Under the pieces are notes generated by a model. The model had not been told where the DNA came from, ran no database searches, and saw only the letters and a program-made list of their open reading frames with translations. DNA of 64,000 bases from Bugula neritina (Eukaryota; Animalia; Bryozoa): the NCBI GenBank assembly GCA_964035545.1, contig OZ037765.1, positions 17,298,995 to 17,362,994 of the forward strand, in the 5' to 3' direction. The stretch's first letter is position 1; every line of letters starts with the position of its first letter. The translations under genes were made by a program, and so were the position numbers. Of this stretch, positions 47,231 to 59,700 are shown piece after piece.

Positions 47231-50200
47231 ACCAGATTGATTCTATGATGAATTTAGTTGATGTTATGTATTCAATTAATTCCGAAGCTGTGGTGTGGTA
47301 GTCAGTGGAGAAGATGCACAATTAGCAAACGTTATCGCTAATGAGAGATTAAAAAACACAGTCAATAAGAAATTTAACAAAAAGCTTGGTTTGTTAGTAT
47401 TGTTTTACAGGACACCTAACAGACTGCCTTTCTAATATTATTAGTGAATCTTACAGTACAATGAATTACCCATCAAGTCATTCATAATGACTATGATCGC
47501 TGTTATTAAGTTTATTGGCATATTGCAGTAAATTAATAAACAGTCAAATGTTCAAGATTTGACAACATCTAATACAGCTACTTCAAAATTAATTCCAATA
47601 TCAGCAAGCTTACCAGAGTAATCAACTGTAGTGAAAACTTTTGTCTCAAGGCATTACTTTAAATGCAAACTATAGAAGACCTAAAAAGGCAATCTTCATT
47701 TGGGCAAGTTTTAGATTTTTCCACCATGTGATCTTACCAATGACTAAAACTAGGTTGGTAAGAAAAGATTAAAAGCAGTTAATACTAAAAGTTAGTATGT
47801 AGTTGCATACATTTAACATTTCAAATATGAATAATAACTTGGTAGCTGTAGCTTAAGTTATTTATAAATTTGTTCAATTATTTACATTTGATAGATATTA
47901 AAAACTAATATACCATCACATAATAAGAAAAATTTTATAATCGCCCTAAAACACTAAAATATTTGGCCGTTTAAACTATATTGAGTAAACTCCATTGAAT
48001 ACAATTAAATAAATATGATTGAACAAATCTACCTGACCAACTACTATAATGGTAAATGTCTAGAACTTAGGTAAATGTTGCTTAAAATATATATGAGGAG
48101 TACCTTCAAATGAACACTGAATTACATACATATAAATTTACACTTGCAATTGGTTCATGTATTAATACAGATAACCAGTTACAAACATAAATGCCTATGG
48201 ATGTAAGAGTTGTTTAGTTTTGCTTAGGTGCACCACTTGTACAAGCTTGAATTACTGCTTGCAGCAAGTCAATTAAAATTAAGATAATTAACAATTGATT
48301 TAAAAATGTATCAACTCGAGGTAGCAAAATTCAAGTGCTCAAGTCAACCCTTGCCTTGTCTTAATTGAGCTTCAAGACTCCAGATAAAGGAAAGGTGGCG
48401 CTATCAGCGCTACAAATCTTTTATTAGTCCACTAACATTTCTTCCGTTGGTAGCTCATGGCTGTTCTAGTGAGAAAGCTGTGTAGGAACTTATTACAGGT
48501 CAACAAATTGAAAGAGTTATTTACCCTAGAATTGAGATTGTGGATAGATTTCATTGAACTAAGAGTTTTTGTTATGTTAGGGAAAAAAGATTCATGCTGT
48601 AGCACTTTAGAGAATAGAATGAGTCTATGATCTTGTCTGGATCTTTTTAAAGTCGGCAGTTTTAGCTAGGCCTTTGCTTCAGTTACTTTCAATTACTTTG
48701 CTTTCAGTCTTTCATGTTTGTTTACAAAACATACTGTCTTAGTTTGTACTTTCTGTTATTCAATGTGAAATGTGCAGGGTCCCAAATCTTGCAGGCGTAC
48801 TCTAAAAGCAGTCTACACAAAGTAGTTTACGTTATGAACTTAACTTTGGCTGGTGCATCACAGAGCAAGTTTTTAATTAGACCTAGAACAAGCATTGCTG
48901 TATTCACCGCTGAGTTAATGTGATAATCGTAGGTCTAGTAACAAATATATTCATAAGTACTTTAACAGATACTTTGAGCTAATTGTTTATTGGTCAAAAA
49001 GTATGTGTTGTTAACTTGAGGATTTATTACACACAATGATGTTGCTTTTCGGTGTTGAAATTTATGTGGTTTTTAATACTTCAGTTATGTAAAAATCATT
49101 AAGGCCAACCTGCAAAGTTTTAGTATGAGAGTGATTCGAAAAGTAAAGATCATTTTACCATAAGTTAAGTTGTAATAGAGTTAGACTTAATGATTTTTAT
49201 TTTTCCACATAATTTCCTGCTAAGTCAACAAATTGCTGCCATCTTGGTGCTATCTTCTGGATTCCATCACCATAAAATTCAGCAGATTAACTCAACAAAA
49301 AATCGCTCACAGTAGCTTTGACCTTGCCACGAGTCTCCGTGTGAACGAATACCTCTGGTGTAGAACATTAAAGCACCAAAGAGATGGTAATCAGTAGGTG
49401 CAAGAGCAGGACTGTAAAGTGGATGCCTCAATAGTTCCCAACTTAAGGCCTGGCCACACACTCAAGAGAATCACATCAAATCGTCTATTTTACACGAAAA
49501 CACAAGACGTACGATCAAATTTAAGAGAATTCATACGAAATCGTGTTTGCTGGGTGCACTCACCGAAGATGATGGACGAAAGAGCACAATTGATAATAAG
49601 CACTACTTGATTGGTCAATAGAATTTTTAGCAACAGTGATTATTTCAGTTCTACTTTGTTTCTGTGTCTGGCAATCTTTTGCTGTTTGTATTTTGTGCAA
49701 GGCCCATTCACGGACTATTTAGTATGTGTTTTGTCTGACGAACGTGTGGCTGGTCATAACGAGAGGATAACTCACCAAAATATTCACACAAATTATGTGT
49801 GATTTTCATAAGTGTGTGGTCAGGCCTTTAGTCTGTTGATAGTCTCAATGATTGGAGTGACAGTGTGGCCTTGCAGGTTCTTGGTGGATATCGATACCAT
49901 GAGATTGCATACTTATTCTTCTTAATTTCTTTCTAAACTTAGATGAATGCACTGTTCCAATAAAATTTCAATTAACTTAGCAATTTTCTCCTACACTGTT
50001 ACCCTCCTGACAACCCCTAACAAAAGTTTCTACAACATTCAAATTGGCTGGTATAGCCACCTCTTTTGATTTTGGCCTACCTGACCTAGGTCTATTCTCC
50101 AAAAAGGCTGTCCCCCCCCCCCCCTTAAAACTGTTGGCCTATTTGAAAACTCTGTTTTGTTTAAAACAACTGTCACTATATTGAGCTTTCTTTCCCCTAT

Positions 50201-52109
50201 AAAGTTCACTTGGTCTGACTCCCTCACTTGACAAAAACTTTATTACAGCTGTCTGTTAAACATGTGAGCGAATTTTGAGTGGGAATGCCATATCAATACA
50301 GTCTCAAAAAAACAGTATTGCCTCAAACTATTGAAATTTTTGCAGTATGAAGACAACACCTGAAATGACATAATTGTAAAAAATAGGCATGTATTACAAT
50401 TGTATTCTGTTTGATAAAGAGATTATCTTTATTTTTGTAGATAGGGGAATAAGCTATAAGGTATGGCATCATCTGGGAAAAGCCTAATAATGCTATGTTT
50501 TACCCATTCGGAAATGTAATATTAATTTTGCTAATGCACAGTCTGAAACCAACAACCATCATGATTATAAATTTATTTACCGTTAAAATCAGTAATACCA
50601 ATAGTTATATGTATAGCATAACATGATTATATCCAATTCGGAATATCAATCTCAGAGTAAGACTACATCTAACACTTGCCTAAATATAAAATTATTAACA
50701 TTTAAAATTAGCATTTAAATGTAGCCTACTACAACTATTAATGTTTTACTCATATATGTTTGACTGTGTGAATGTCTTACACCTACAGTTACAGTCAACA
50801 TAAATATTCGATAATTCTCAAAATTAGGCTTATATCAACATTTAACTTAATATTTCTAAAATTAGTTTATTGAAGTTATTGTTAATGACAGTGTCATAAC
50901 ACTCCAACAGTGTTACAGAAAAATACTACTAATAGTAATACCAACAGTAATACTATTGAATAACAATGTCATTGTCTGTAACATATATATTATTTATTAA
51001 CTTCAATTTATAGTTTACGACTAAGTTATCCTATTAGTATCACCAGTTACTGTCAGGCAGTCAGTCACTCTTTCATTAAATTCAAAATGTTGAGAGTCAT
51101 GATTTGATGATAAAATCACAATGGTATCCGTATTGATAATCACTTAATCAAATGAATAATCATAACCACTTTATCATAATGATGTTTAAAGTTAAATATT
51201 CATTATCATATTCACTTATAGATTATTTGATATTCAAATAATTCATATGTTAAAATTAATTTACATCATTAGATTTACTTTTAGTAAATCACGAAATCTA
51301 AATGTAATAGTTGAACTTAAACTTTAGTTATAAATATATTATTATAATTATTAAATTTAACTTTGAACTAAAATAATAATAAGTAAATATTAATAATAAT
51401 AATGAATAATCAATAACAGTATTAGTAACACTAATAGCAATAATTATATTGAATTTTGTAATAATATATTATCAATATTAACACAGTGAGTGAGTGACAA
51501 TTAATTTACAATAAATAAATAATTATAATGATAATCATAGTGATAATCACGATCAGATTCAGATTGAGAGGTCATTAGTTCAGTTCAGTTTGGGGGAGTT
51601 TCCCACTAAGAACCCCTGGAGGGTGAATGCATGGGAACTCGATATATGCATATACATAATATTAATGCATATATTATATATTAATACGTATATACTCTTT
51701 TTTATATTAGATCGTTCATTTATTTTATTTTATTTTTCTTTAGTTAGAATAACTGAATTGAAGTGATTAAATTTAACTGAATTTTAACTAATAAGTAATA
51801 AGTAATACTAATAACTAATGAGTAATAACTAATAAGTAATAACTCAAACCCAAGCTCAAGCTCAAAGTCAAGCTGTCTTCAAGTTAAAAGTTAAAAAGTA
51901 ATACTAAAATAGCACCTCAAGTTCGAAACTTCTAAGAGAACTCCTTTGAATATTATATCTTTAATGGCTAGCTTGACAACTAACGCTCCTTTTGTGGCAG
52001 TAAGAATTTCTGCTAAATGACTTGTTCCAGCTAAATCTGTTGCGTACAAGTCGGCTGACCTTTCAGAAGGAGAAAGCTTCGAGTTTTCTACCATTTTGCA
52101 TCCGGTCAT
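44940..52109 (-). CDS. PWWP domain protein (PWWP2A/2B-like), exons 52109-51916, 46953-46819, 46693-45665, 45348-44940
   Basis: VGDVIWGKIIGFPWWPGRV PWWP domain near the C-terminus; N-terminal LVVKL...IFKGVLLE segment recalls PWWP2 proteins; GT-AG junctions. Confidence 0.85.
47161..47226. repeat. (TA)33 microsatellite
   Basis: Direct reading. Confidence 0.98.
49195..49900 (-). mobile_element. Mariner transposase remnant (C-terminal part) interrupted by a MITE
   Basis: ARPH, WELLRHPLYSPALAPTDYHLF (mariner HPPYSPDLAP.DYHLF), GIQKIAPRWQQFVDLAGNYVEK*. Confidence 0.85.
49446..49827. mobile_element. PIF/Harbinger-like MITE
   Basis: TIR AGGCCTGGCCACACACT / AGTGTGTGGTCAGGCCT, TTA on both sides (49443-49445, 49828-49830), no coding capacity. 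Confidence 0.85.
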
Positions 52110-52379
52110 CTGACTTTAAAGAGCCAATTATATTACGCATTATATTGTTTGCGGAATCTCCCTAATGGGTGGGCTTATATAGGAAGTATCAATAATTTTT
52201 CGATTTTATTAATTTTCTTAATTTACTTTTACTCATTGAGCACTACGCAGTAATTTAGCCATCTTGATTTTTGAAAAGATAAATTATTTAGTCACTTTAT
52301 CAAATGGCTTCGTATAAATACTGAAACTTTTATCTTTCAACTTCAAGTGGGAGTTAAATTGTGAGCATGCAATTGTAAT

Positions 52380-53110
52380 TGTTAATGTTAGGTATAGTTA
52401 AGTCTTAGAGTTAGTTATAGTAATAGTTAATGTTATAGTTATACCGTTATACTTATACTTATAGACTTATAGTTATACTAATACTGAGTATAACTTATAG
52501 TACAGAGTAATAAACTATAACTGTTATAGTTATTCACTTACTCTGGTTATTGTATTACATTTACTATTACTATTAGTATTAGTATTACTAATACTAAGTC
52601 TAATAGTAATAGTAATACTAATACTAATAGTCATAGTAATAGTGATTACTAATTACTATTAGTAATAGTAATTAGTAATCAGTAATCACTATTACTATGT
52701 CTATTACTATTAGTATTAGTAATAGTATAGGCATTGCTATTAGTATTACTATTACTAAATCTAATACTAATAGTAATAGTAATAGTAATACTATTACTAT
52801 TTTTATTAGTATTAGTATTAGTATTAAATTTAATATCATAATATTAATTATTGATAATATTGTTATAAAATTAAATGTAAATATATTATAATGAAAATTA
52901 GTATTGGTTGGTCTTATGACCTAATCTTATCACAGTCACTTGTACACTTATAGACTATAGTTATACTTATAGTTCTACTTACAATAATAGTTATACTTAT
53001 ACTATTACTAATAGTAATACTAATACTAATAGTATAAGTATAAGTAACACTTAATCTTATAGACTATAGTCTATTAGTATTAGTATAGTTATAGATTATA
53101 CTTATAGTTA
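52380..53110. repeat. Degenerate hexamer low-complexity tract (TATAGT, ATTACT, AGTAAT)
   Basis: Direct reading. Confidence 0.85.
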
Positions 53111-53733
53111 TGCAGTATCAGTCATGTATCAGTATGAGTATGCCTATTGGCTGTCGCTATTGTTATACTTGTTCTAACTCAGAACTCTCAGACTTGGGCA
53201 GTTAGCCCAGGCTGCCGTACCCTTTTCCCTTAGAGTTACTGTTAGAGTGTTAGGGCCTTACGGCTTGCAGTTACACTTACTGTCACTGTTACTGTTAGTG
53301 TTATTCCTTAGGCTTAGAGTTGTAAGTTGTGATATTCATACTTGTTTTGAATTTGATTATGATATTAAGTTTGATTTTAAAATACTTTAAAACTTAGTTT
53401 AATAGCTCAATTTAAATTTTACTAAAATTTAATATGAATGTGAAATTGAATACTATGACTAACAGTGTGAGTTCGACTATGGTTTATGGCTATAAGTATA
53501 ATAATTATTATAATTAAAAATAGTGGTATTAATATTATGAATATAAATACTGATAGTAATAGTAATACTAATACTAATAGTATTTAGTAATAATCTTGTA
53601 TTAAGGTCAAATTGAAATTATTAAATGTGAAATTATTCATTGTTTTATTTTTATAGATATAGATATCTCAACTTCAATTTGAAGATTACGTTTACCCGTT
53701 TAAAGTTGAAGCCGAACCTCATCAACATTAAAA

Positions 53734-56700
53734 ATGTCGTTAGCTGGTCTAAAAAAGCAGTTCAACAAAGCAAACCAGGTTAGTAAGTATAAAGCTAGTA
53801 ACTGTGTCATTTATTGAGTATAAACAATAAGATTAAAACTACTCGTAGTAGTATTATAGTAATTGGTGATAGAATAGCAAAACTCTTACCCATATAATAT
53901 ACTATATAACTTCGTTCTCTATTACTACTCAGAACTGTATCAATGTTGTCACTATTATAATTTTTATCATGATTATTAAAATTATTACTCAACTCTACTA
54001 ATTTTATTATAGCACTTTAACTCAGTAACAAGCTTTAAGGTAGTATTGATATAAAATTAGTTACACAAGAAAATATAATATTTGTTTTCCACATTTTTGT
54101 GACTATCAACTCATGGTCACACTAAAAATAATGGAACAAAATTATAGTTCATGGCCATTATGATTATATTTATACCAACTTCATGTATAATTTGAGGTAT
54201 TTAAACTATATGGTATAGTTTACATATAGAAATTGTGTATTTATGTTGTATTTTAATACAGTTCTCAATTACTTCATTGTTTTACATGTTAATACATTTT
54301 GTCAGTTAACAAGAGTTGTTGGATCTAGTTCTGGGTAATTGGTCATGAATAAAATAATTATGTGTGCATCTTATCTTCAGTCTTTTAGGCATCTAAAATG
54401 TTCTTCAATATTACCTACAAGAAAAACAGAATGCCTTAGGTGTTGCAGTTATGAAACAGTACAATAGACTCTTTTCAGAGGTCCTTAATATCCCCCTTAC
54501 AATTGAGAAAATTGTTGAAGAAAATAAACTTGAACTCATTTTTGTGGTTTTGGTTGCTGAGTAACCAAAACCACAAAAACGCCTTTAAGTTTATTTTCTT
54601 CAAAATTTTTCATGAAGACATATTTTTAAAAATAGTTTTGAACTGCTAATATGTGTGTTTATACATCTCCTAAGAGAACAATTCTATAAACTCATGCAAG
54701 TTTATAGTCGCTATCCCTGTGAGAAACCCCTGGCGGAAAGAAAGGGTTTTTGTTAAAGCGGGCTAAGGACATATTTAAATGAGGCACAGGAGCAACTATT
54801 ACTGGATACTTTTCCTAACACCACCAATGGCCTTTGTCTGGGCTTGAACCCATGACATATTCACGGGCTTTCCATGTACCGATCTCAGATCGATCTCAGC
54901 AAGATCGATCTGAGAAATGTGCTCAGATCGATCGTTTTTCCATCACCGGCTTTCCATGTACCGATCTCAGATCGATCTCTGCGAGATCGATCCATGGAAA
55001 GACGCCAAAGATCAATCTCCGTCGATCTGAGCTGGTCGGTCTGTGGAGCTCGAACTCAGGTCGATCTCATGTCAATAAGACCATGGAAAGACGCCAGATC
55101 GATCTGAGAAGCAGAAAAAGATTGTTCGCTACAATGTTGTCTGCTAATAAAAATGATAACTTATTGATAATTACTAAGCAAAGTGTTAAATAATTATGAT
55201 AGCCACCTTTTCAGATGCCAAAACTTTGACTTTCAGTACAATGATTAAGAAAACTCAATTATATGCAGTAGAAGTTAAAAAATATGGGAAAATTTAAATT
55301 GAGTTTAAATGACTATCAAAACTCAGTTTCATTAGCTATTTTCTTTGTAATTTTAAGCCTAACAGTCTTGTAAGTTTATTAATAATCTGCAAGACAGCCA
55401 TTAATTTTATATAAGCTGTCAAGCTATAAAATCAAAATTAATTATTTTAAATTGGCCAAATTACCAAACACTGAGAGCTTTACTGCGTATAGTTTATAGC
55501 TGGGATTAAATTTTAGACTACGACCATCTTGTTTTCAACAGTAGTAGCTTTAATCACTCAAATAGGTGAACAAATTGTACTTTTAAAGTATGCTTCATTT
55601 AAGAGAAGGCAACTTCGCGGATCGATCTGACACTCTCATGGAAAACCGATCGATCTGAGCACATTTCTCAGATCGATCTCAGCGAGATCGATTTGAGATC
55701 GGTACATGGAAAGCCCGTGCATGAGAGTGTCAGATCAATCTCGCGAAGTTGCCTCCTCTTAAGTGAAGGATACTTTAAAAGTATAATTTGTTCACTTATT
55801 TGAGGGATTAAAGCTACTACTGTTGAAAACAAGATGGTCGTAGGCTAAAATTTAATCCCAGCTATAAACTATACGCAGCAAAGCTTTCAGTGTATGATAA
55901 TTTGGCCAATTTAAAATAATTAATTTTAATCTTTTAGCTTGACAGCTTATATAAAATTAATGGCTGTCTTGCAGATTATTAATAAACTTACAGGACTGTT
56001 AGGCTTAAAATTACAAAGAAAATAGCTAATGAAACTAAGTTTTAATAGTCATTTAAATTCGATTTAAATTCTCCCAATTTTTTTACCTTCTACTGCATAT
56101 AATTGAGTTTTTTAATCATTGTACTGAAAGTCAAAGTTTTGGCATCTGAAAAGGTGGCTATCATAATTATTTAATACTTTGCTTAGTAATTATCAGTAAG
56201 TTATCATTTTTATTAGCAGACAACATTGTAGCGCGCAGTCTTTTTCTACTTCTCAGATCGATCTGGTGTCTTTCCATGATCTTATTGACATGAGATCGAT
56301 CTGAGTTCGAGCTCTACAGACCGACCAGCTCAGATCGACGAAGATCGATCTTTGGCATCTTTCCATGGATCGATCTCGCTGAGATCGATCTGAGATCGGT
56401 ACATGGAAAGCCGGTGTTTGTTTACTGGGCAAACACTCTAACCCCTAGACCACGGCTGCTCCCTAAGAGAACAATTCTATAGCATAATTAGAATTTTAAG
56501 TAGCAGCCAGAATTTAAATTTTTAATGAGTTTGCTCTTGATACAAAGGTTCAACCTATTCACTTTGGGAGGACACAATTCTTAATTGTGGAAGAGATATT
56601 GGGGACCTCTAAAAAGGGTTTATTTTTTTGCATTATACTATTTTAAGTTTCAAGATCCAGCTCTAAAGCATCATATAGTTTTTGGCAAGAGCCTATTGTG

Positions 56701-59700
56701 ATGAGCACAGGATGTAGTACTAGCTTAGGTCGGTTTCTTTCTGGTGGTACATGTAGCTTGAGTTGTCATAGATTTCTGAAATTTATAGTTTCACTATATG
56801 CTAAGGAATAGCTTTGTATTTTTGTGATAAAATTTTCATTAGTGGTGTATGCTGGTGTGTTTTCCTTCTGCCCTTTAATCCTGAGTTTTAGAGTCGCACT
56901 ATCATTTATCAATTTTAGAAAAAAAATTGATGCTTTTTGTTACTAAATTTTATTCATACCAGCATCTGTAGGGTCCCGCAGCACATCAGCATGCTTGCGT
57001 TTTAACAGAAATGAGCTTTTATATGTTGGGACTTTGCAGTGATGATGTATCTGGAAATTTTCTTAGCTTTACTCAATTGGTTAGATAGGTGACTGAAGAA
57101 CTTCAATGGTCATAGTAATATATGTCATTTATAGGAGGGCTATTAGTTGTTTATTTTTCCACTTGGTTTTTCAGTTTCTTCTGGGCAGCAGGGGTTAGCC
57201 ATGCTCTTATATTTACCATACCTGCATTGTTTACAAGGTTTTTGGCACTAATGAAGTCATGAGTGATTTCAAATTATTTCCTTTTGCAGTGACTGCCTTT
57301 TTGATTAACCTACAAAAGTTGCTAAGCTGTCAGTATTTTTGGTGTTTTGGTTCTGTGTGGTTGTAATTTTCGTTACTTTACGTTTTTGGTACAGCTTGTG
57401 ACCTATCAAACGTGTTCACTCATCACCTTGTACTTCTTGAGACTATATGGCATAGTATCAAAAACACATGTTAGAACTGGAGATGCGAGTGATTCAAGTA
57501 TCTATACCAGAAAACTGTATCATTACCAAAACTAAGCACTTCTCTCAAAGTGAAATTGTTTGGCAGTTTTTTTATTGTTTTTGTCATCACATGCTTGAAC
57601 TTATTTTTCATAAACTTTTACTCTCGAAGATTTTACAAAGCAAAATAAAAATTTTCAATAAATATTGGTAAGCCTGATGAATTGCAGAGTTAGGTGTGTA
57701 TGCTGACAAATATCTTCTGTACAGCATAAAACTCTGTGCACATAAGATTTTTGAAATATTTTCATTAAAATTTCTTTCTTTAACTATTAAATGTAAATTA
57801 CAAATGGCTTTAGGCTAAGTAGATTAGTAAATGGTACACTCTGAAATTAATAAGCAGGTTTCTGTAAAAAAATTGTAATTCTGTCAGAATCTTTCTGTCA
57901 AGCTGTAATTTTCACAAGCTTGTGGCTGCAGAAATGACCTCCTGAACTTTCTTATACATAAAATCTGAGCAGTCTTAGCTGACTAGAAAAATTTTCTGAA
58001 GAATGTTAGAAAGTACGATTGTAATTATCTCATTATAGGCCAACAACATGTATTGGCCTTTGAGAACAACTCTACTCTATCTTATCTTATCCATGCTCGC
58101 CATTCTTTATATATAACCAATTGTAGGGCAGTTGGCTTTTGACTATCTTATCTAGATATCTCATATCTTGGAAGGTGTAGAATAATGCCTATTCCAGGTC
58201 TCTAAGATAGATCTTGATGTATGCCTTGGTCTTGATATAACCTAGATAGGCTGGTAGAACTCCTGGACAACCCTGTTGTAATTTTCCAATTTGTTTTTTT
58301 GAGATTTGCTAAGATTTTGTATAATGACCACATACAACAGATTTCTGTGAAATGTTTGCAGATTGTGTTGGTGGTTTACCAGTTCACTCGTTTAGCCTAA
58401 ACAAAGCTGAGTGTACTAGCAGCTAGTACCTCATTCTTGGTGTTCCTATTCACAGTGATACTCATACAATTATATTACTATTAGGGTGTAAATGTGGCAT
58501 ACTACTATTTGTAAAAATATTTCATATGGCATTTAAATACTGTTCAACTGTACATACTAGTATTTGGTATTTATAGTTTATGAATGAAAAAATTGGTGGT
58601 GCAAAAGGGACAGAGCTGGATGAAGATTACATAGAAATGGAGCGGGTATGTTAGGGTGATTCACTCATGTGGAGTGAGTCGGACTGAAGACCGCTCCTAA
58701 TTATTAATATATATTGTTTTCACACATTTTATCTTAATTTGATGCCATTGTGAAATAGTCAGGCAGCGCTTTGTAACTCAGAGTTCTGCATGTATTTTGG
58801 AAATTAGGTAGAGAACTAAATGCAAGAATATAAGACTATTTTAATTGTCGTACCAAAGAGCATATGCTATGCATTAAGTAACTGCGTTTCTACTCTTGGA
58901 GACCACTTTATGTTGGCATTAACTTATTGTAAATCAATACTGGTCATCAGGAGTTATTACTAGCCACTACAGCATTAGTTGATGCTTATGTACATTAGTA
59001 CATTGATTTTAGAAAACTGATGTCACAGAAAAGTTGGTTTCAGAAATAACTACCAAGACTCAAGAATACCTGCAGCCGAATCCTGGTAGGCACCTTGATT
59101 ACAATCTTGCAGTGTAACTTGTGAAACTGAATTAAGGTCAATGAAGGTGGTATGCACCTCACTAATGGATGCTCCCTAGCAGTTGCTGTCAATGAACTCA
59201 CCAATGCAGCAATTTGTATCCTAGTGTTCTGATGATTGTTAGCTTATTGCTATTGATTCATACTCTCCATTTCATATTCTAGTTTCTGCTTTTTATGGTA
59301 TAGCAAAGGCTCTTAATAATAAACCACTAAAAAAATCAATGTACCTTACTAGTGTGGAGCATGAGAGAACTAAGTGTTGGTGAGGGTTGTTAGTAGTGTT
59401 GGCTCAACTATCAGCATGAAAGTTTAGCATTGGTAAATTCTAATTTGTAATTGTCTACAACACTAACTTCTATATATTATGATACTCTTGCATTTCAAGC
59501 CACACAAATGAAATCCCGTAGCTGTGTTGTGGCTTGCATCACACTGCAGTTTGTATTCCTTCCATAAAAGTAGTATAACTCTGCAGCAGATTCTATTTGC
59601 TTCTATTCACGCACAAGCAGTCACATTTCCACTGAAGAGGACTAAACTTTTAGTTATTATTTTTTATCTATCACTTGCTCTGCTAAATATTAAGAGAAAT

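Larger units (their letters stand above)
54689..56463 (-). mobile_element. tRNA-derived SINE (about 220 bp) split by MITE insertions
   Basis: Minus strand shows an A box (TGGTCTAGGGG) and a B box (GGTTCAAGCCC); flanked by the direct repeat TAAGAGAACAATTCTATA at 54671-54688 and 56464-56481. Confidence 0.8.

Noticed and set aside
45767-47301. Plus-strand ORFs 45767-46228 and 46864-47301
   Set aside because: Antisense shadows of the PWWP exons and a translation of the (TA)n tract
54862-55110. CRISPR-like array suggested by repeated GATCGATC palindromes
   Set aside because: No constant repeat with unique spacers; eukaryotic context; explained by MITE subterminal repeats
54830-56463. tRNA gene on the minus strand
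   Set aside because: A and B boxes are present, but with an unrelated 3' body and an 18-bp TSD, so it is a SINE
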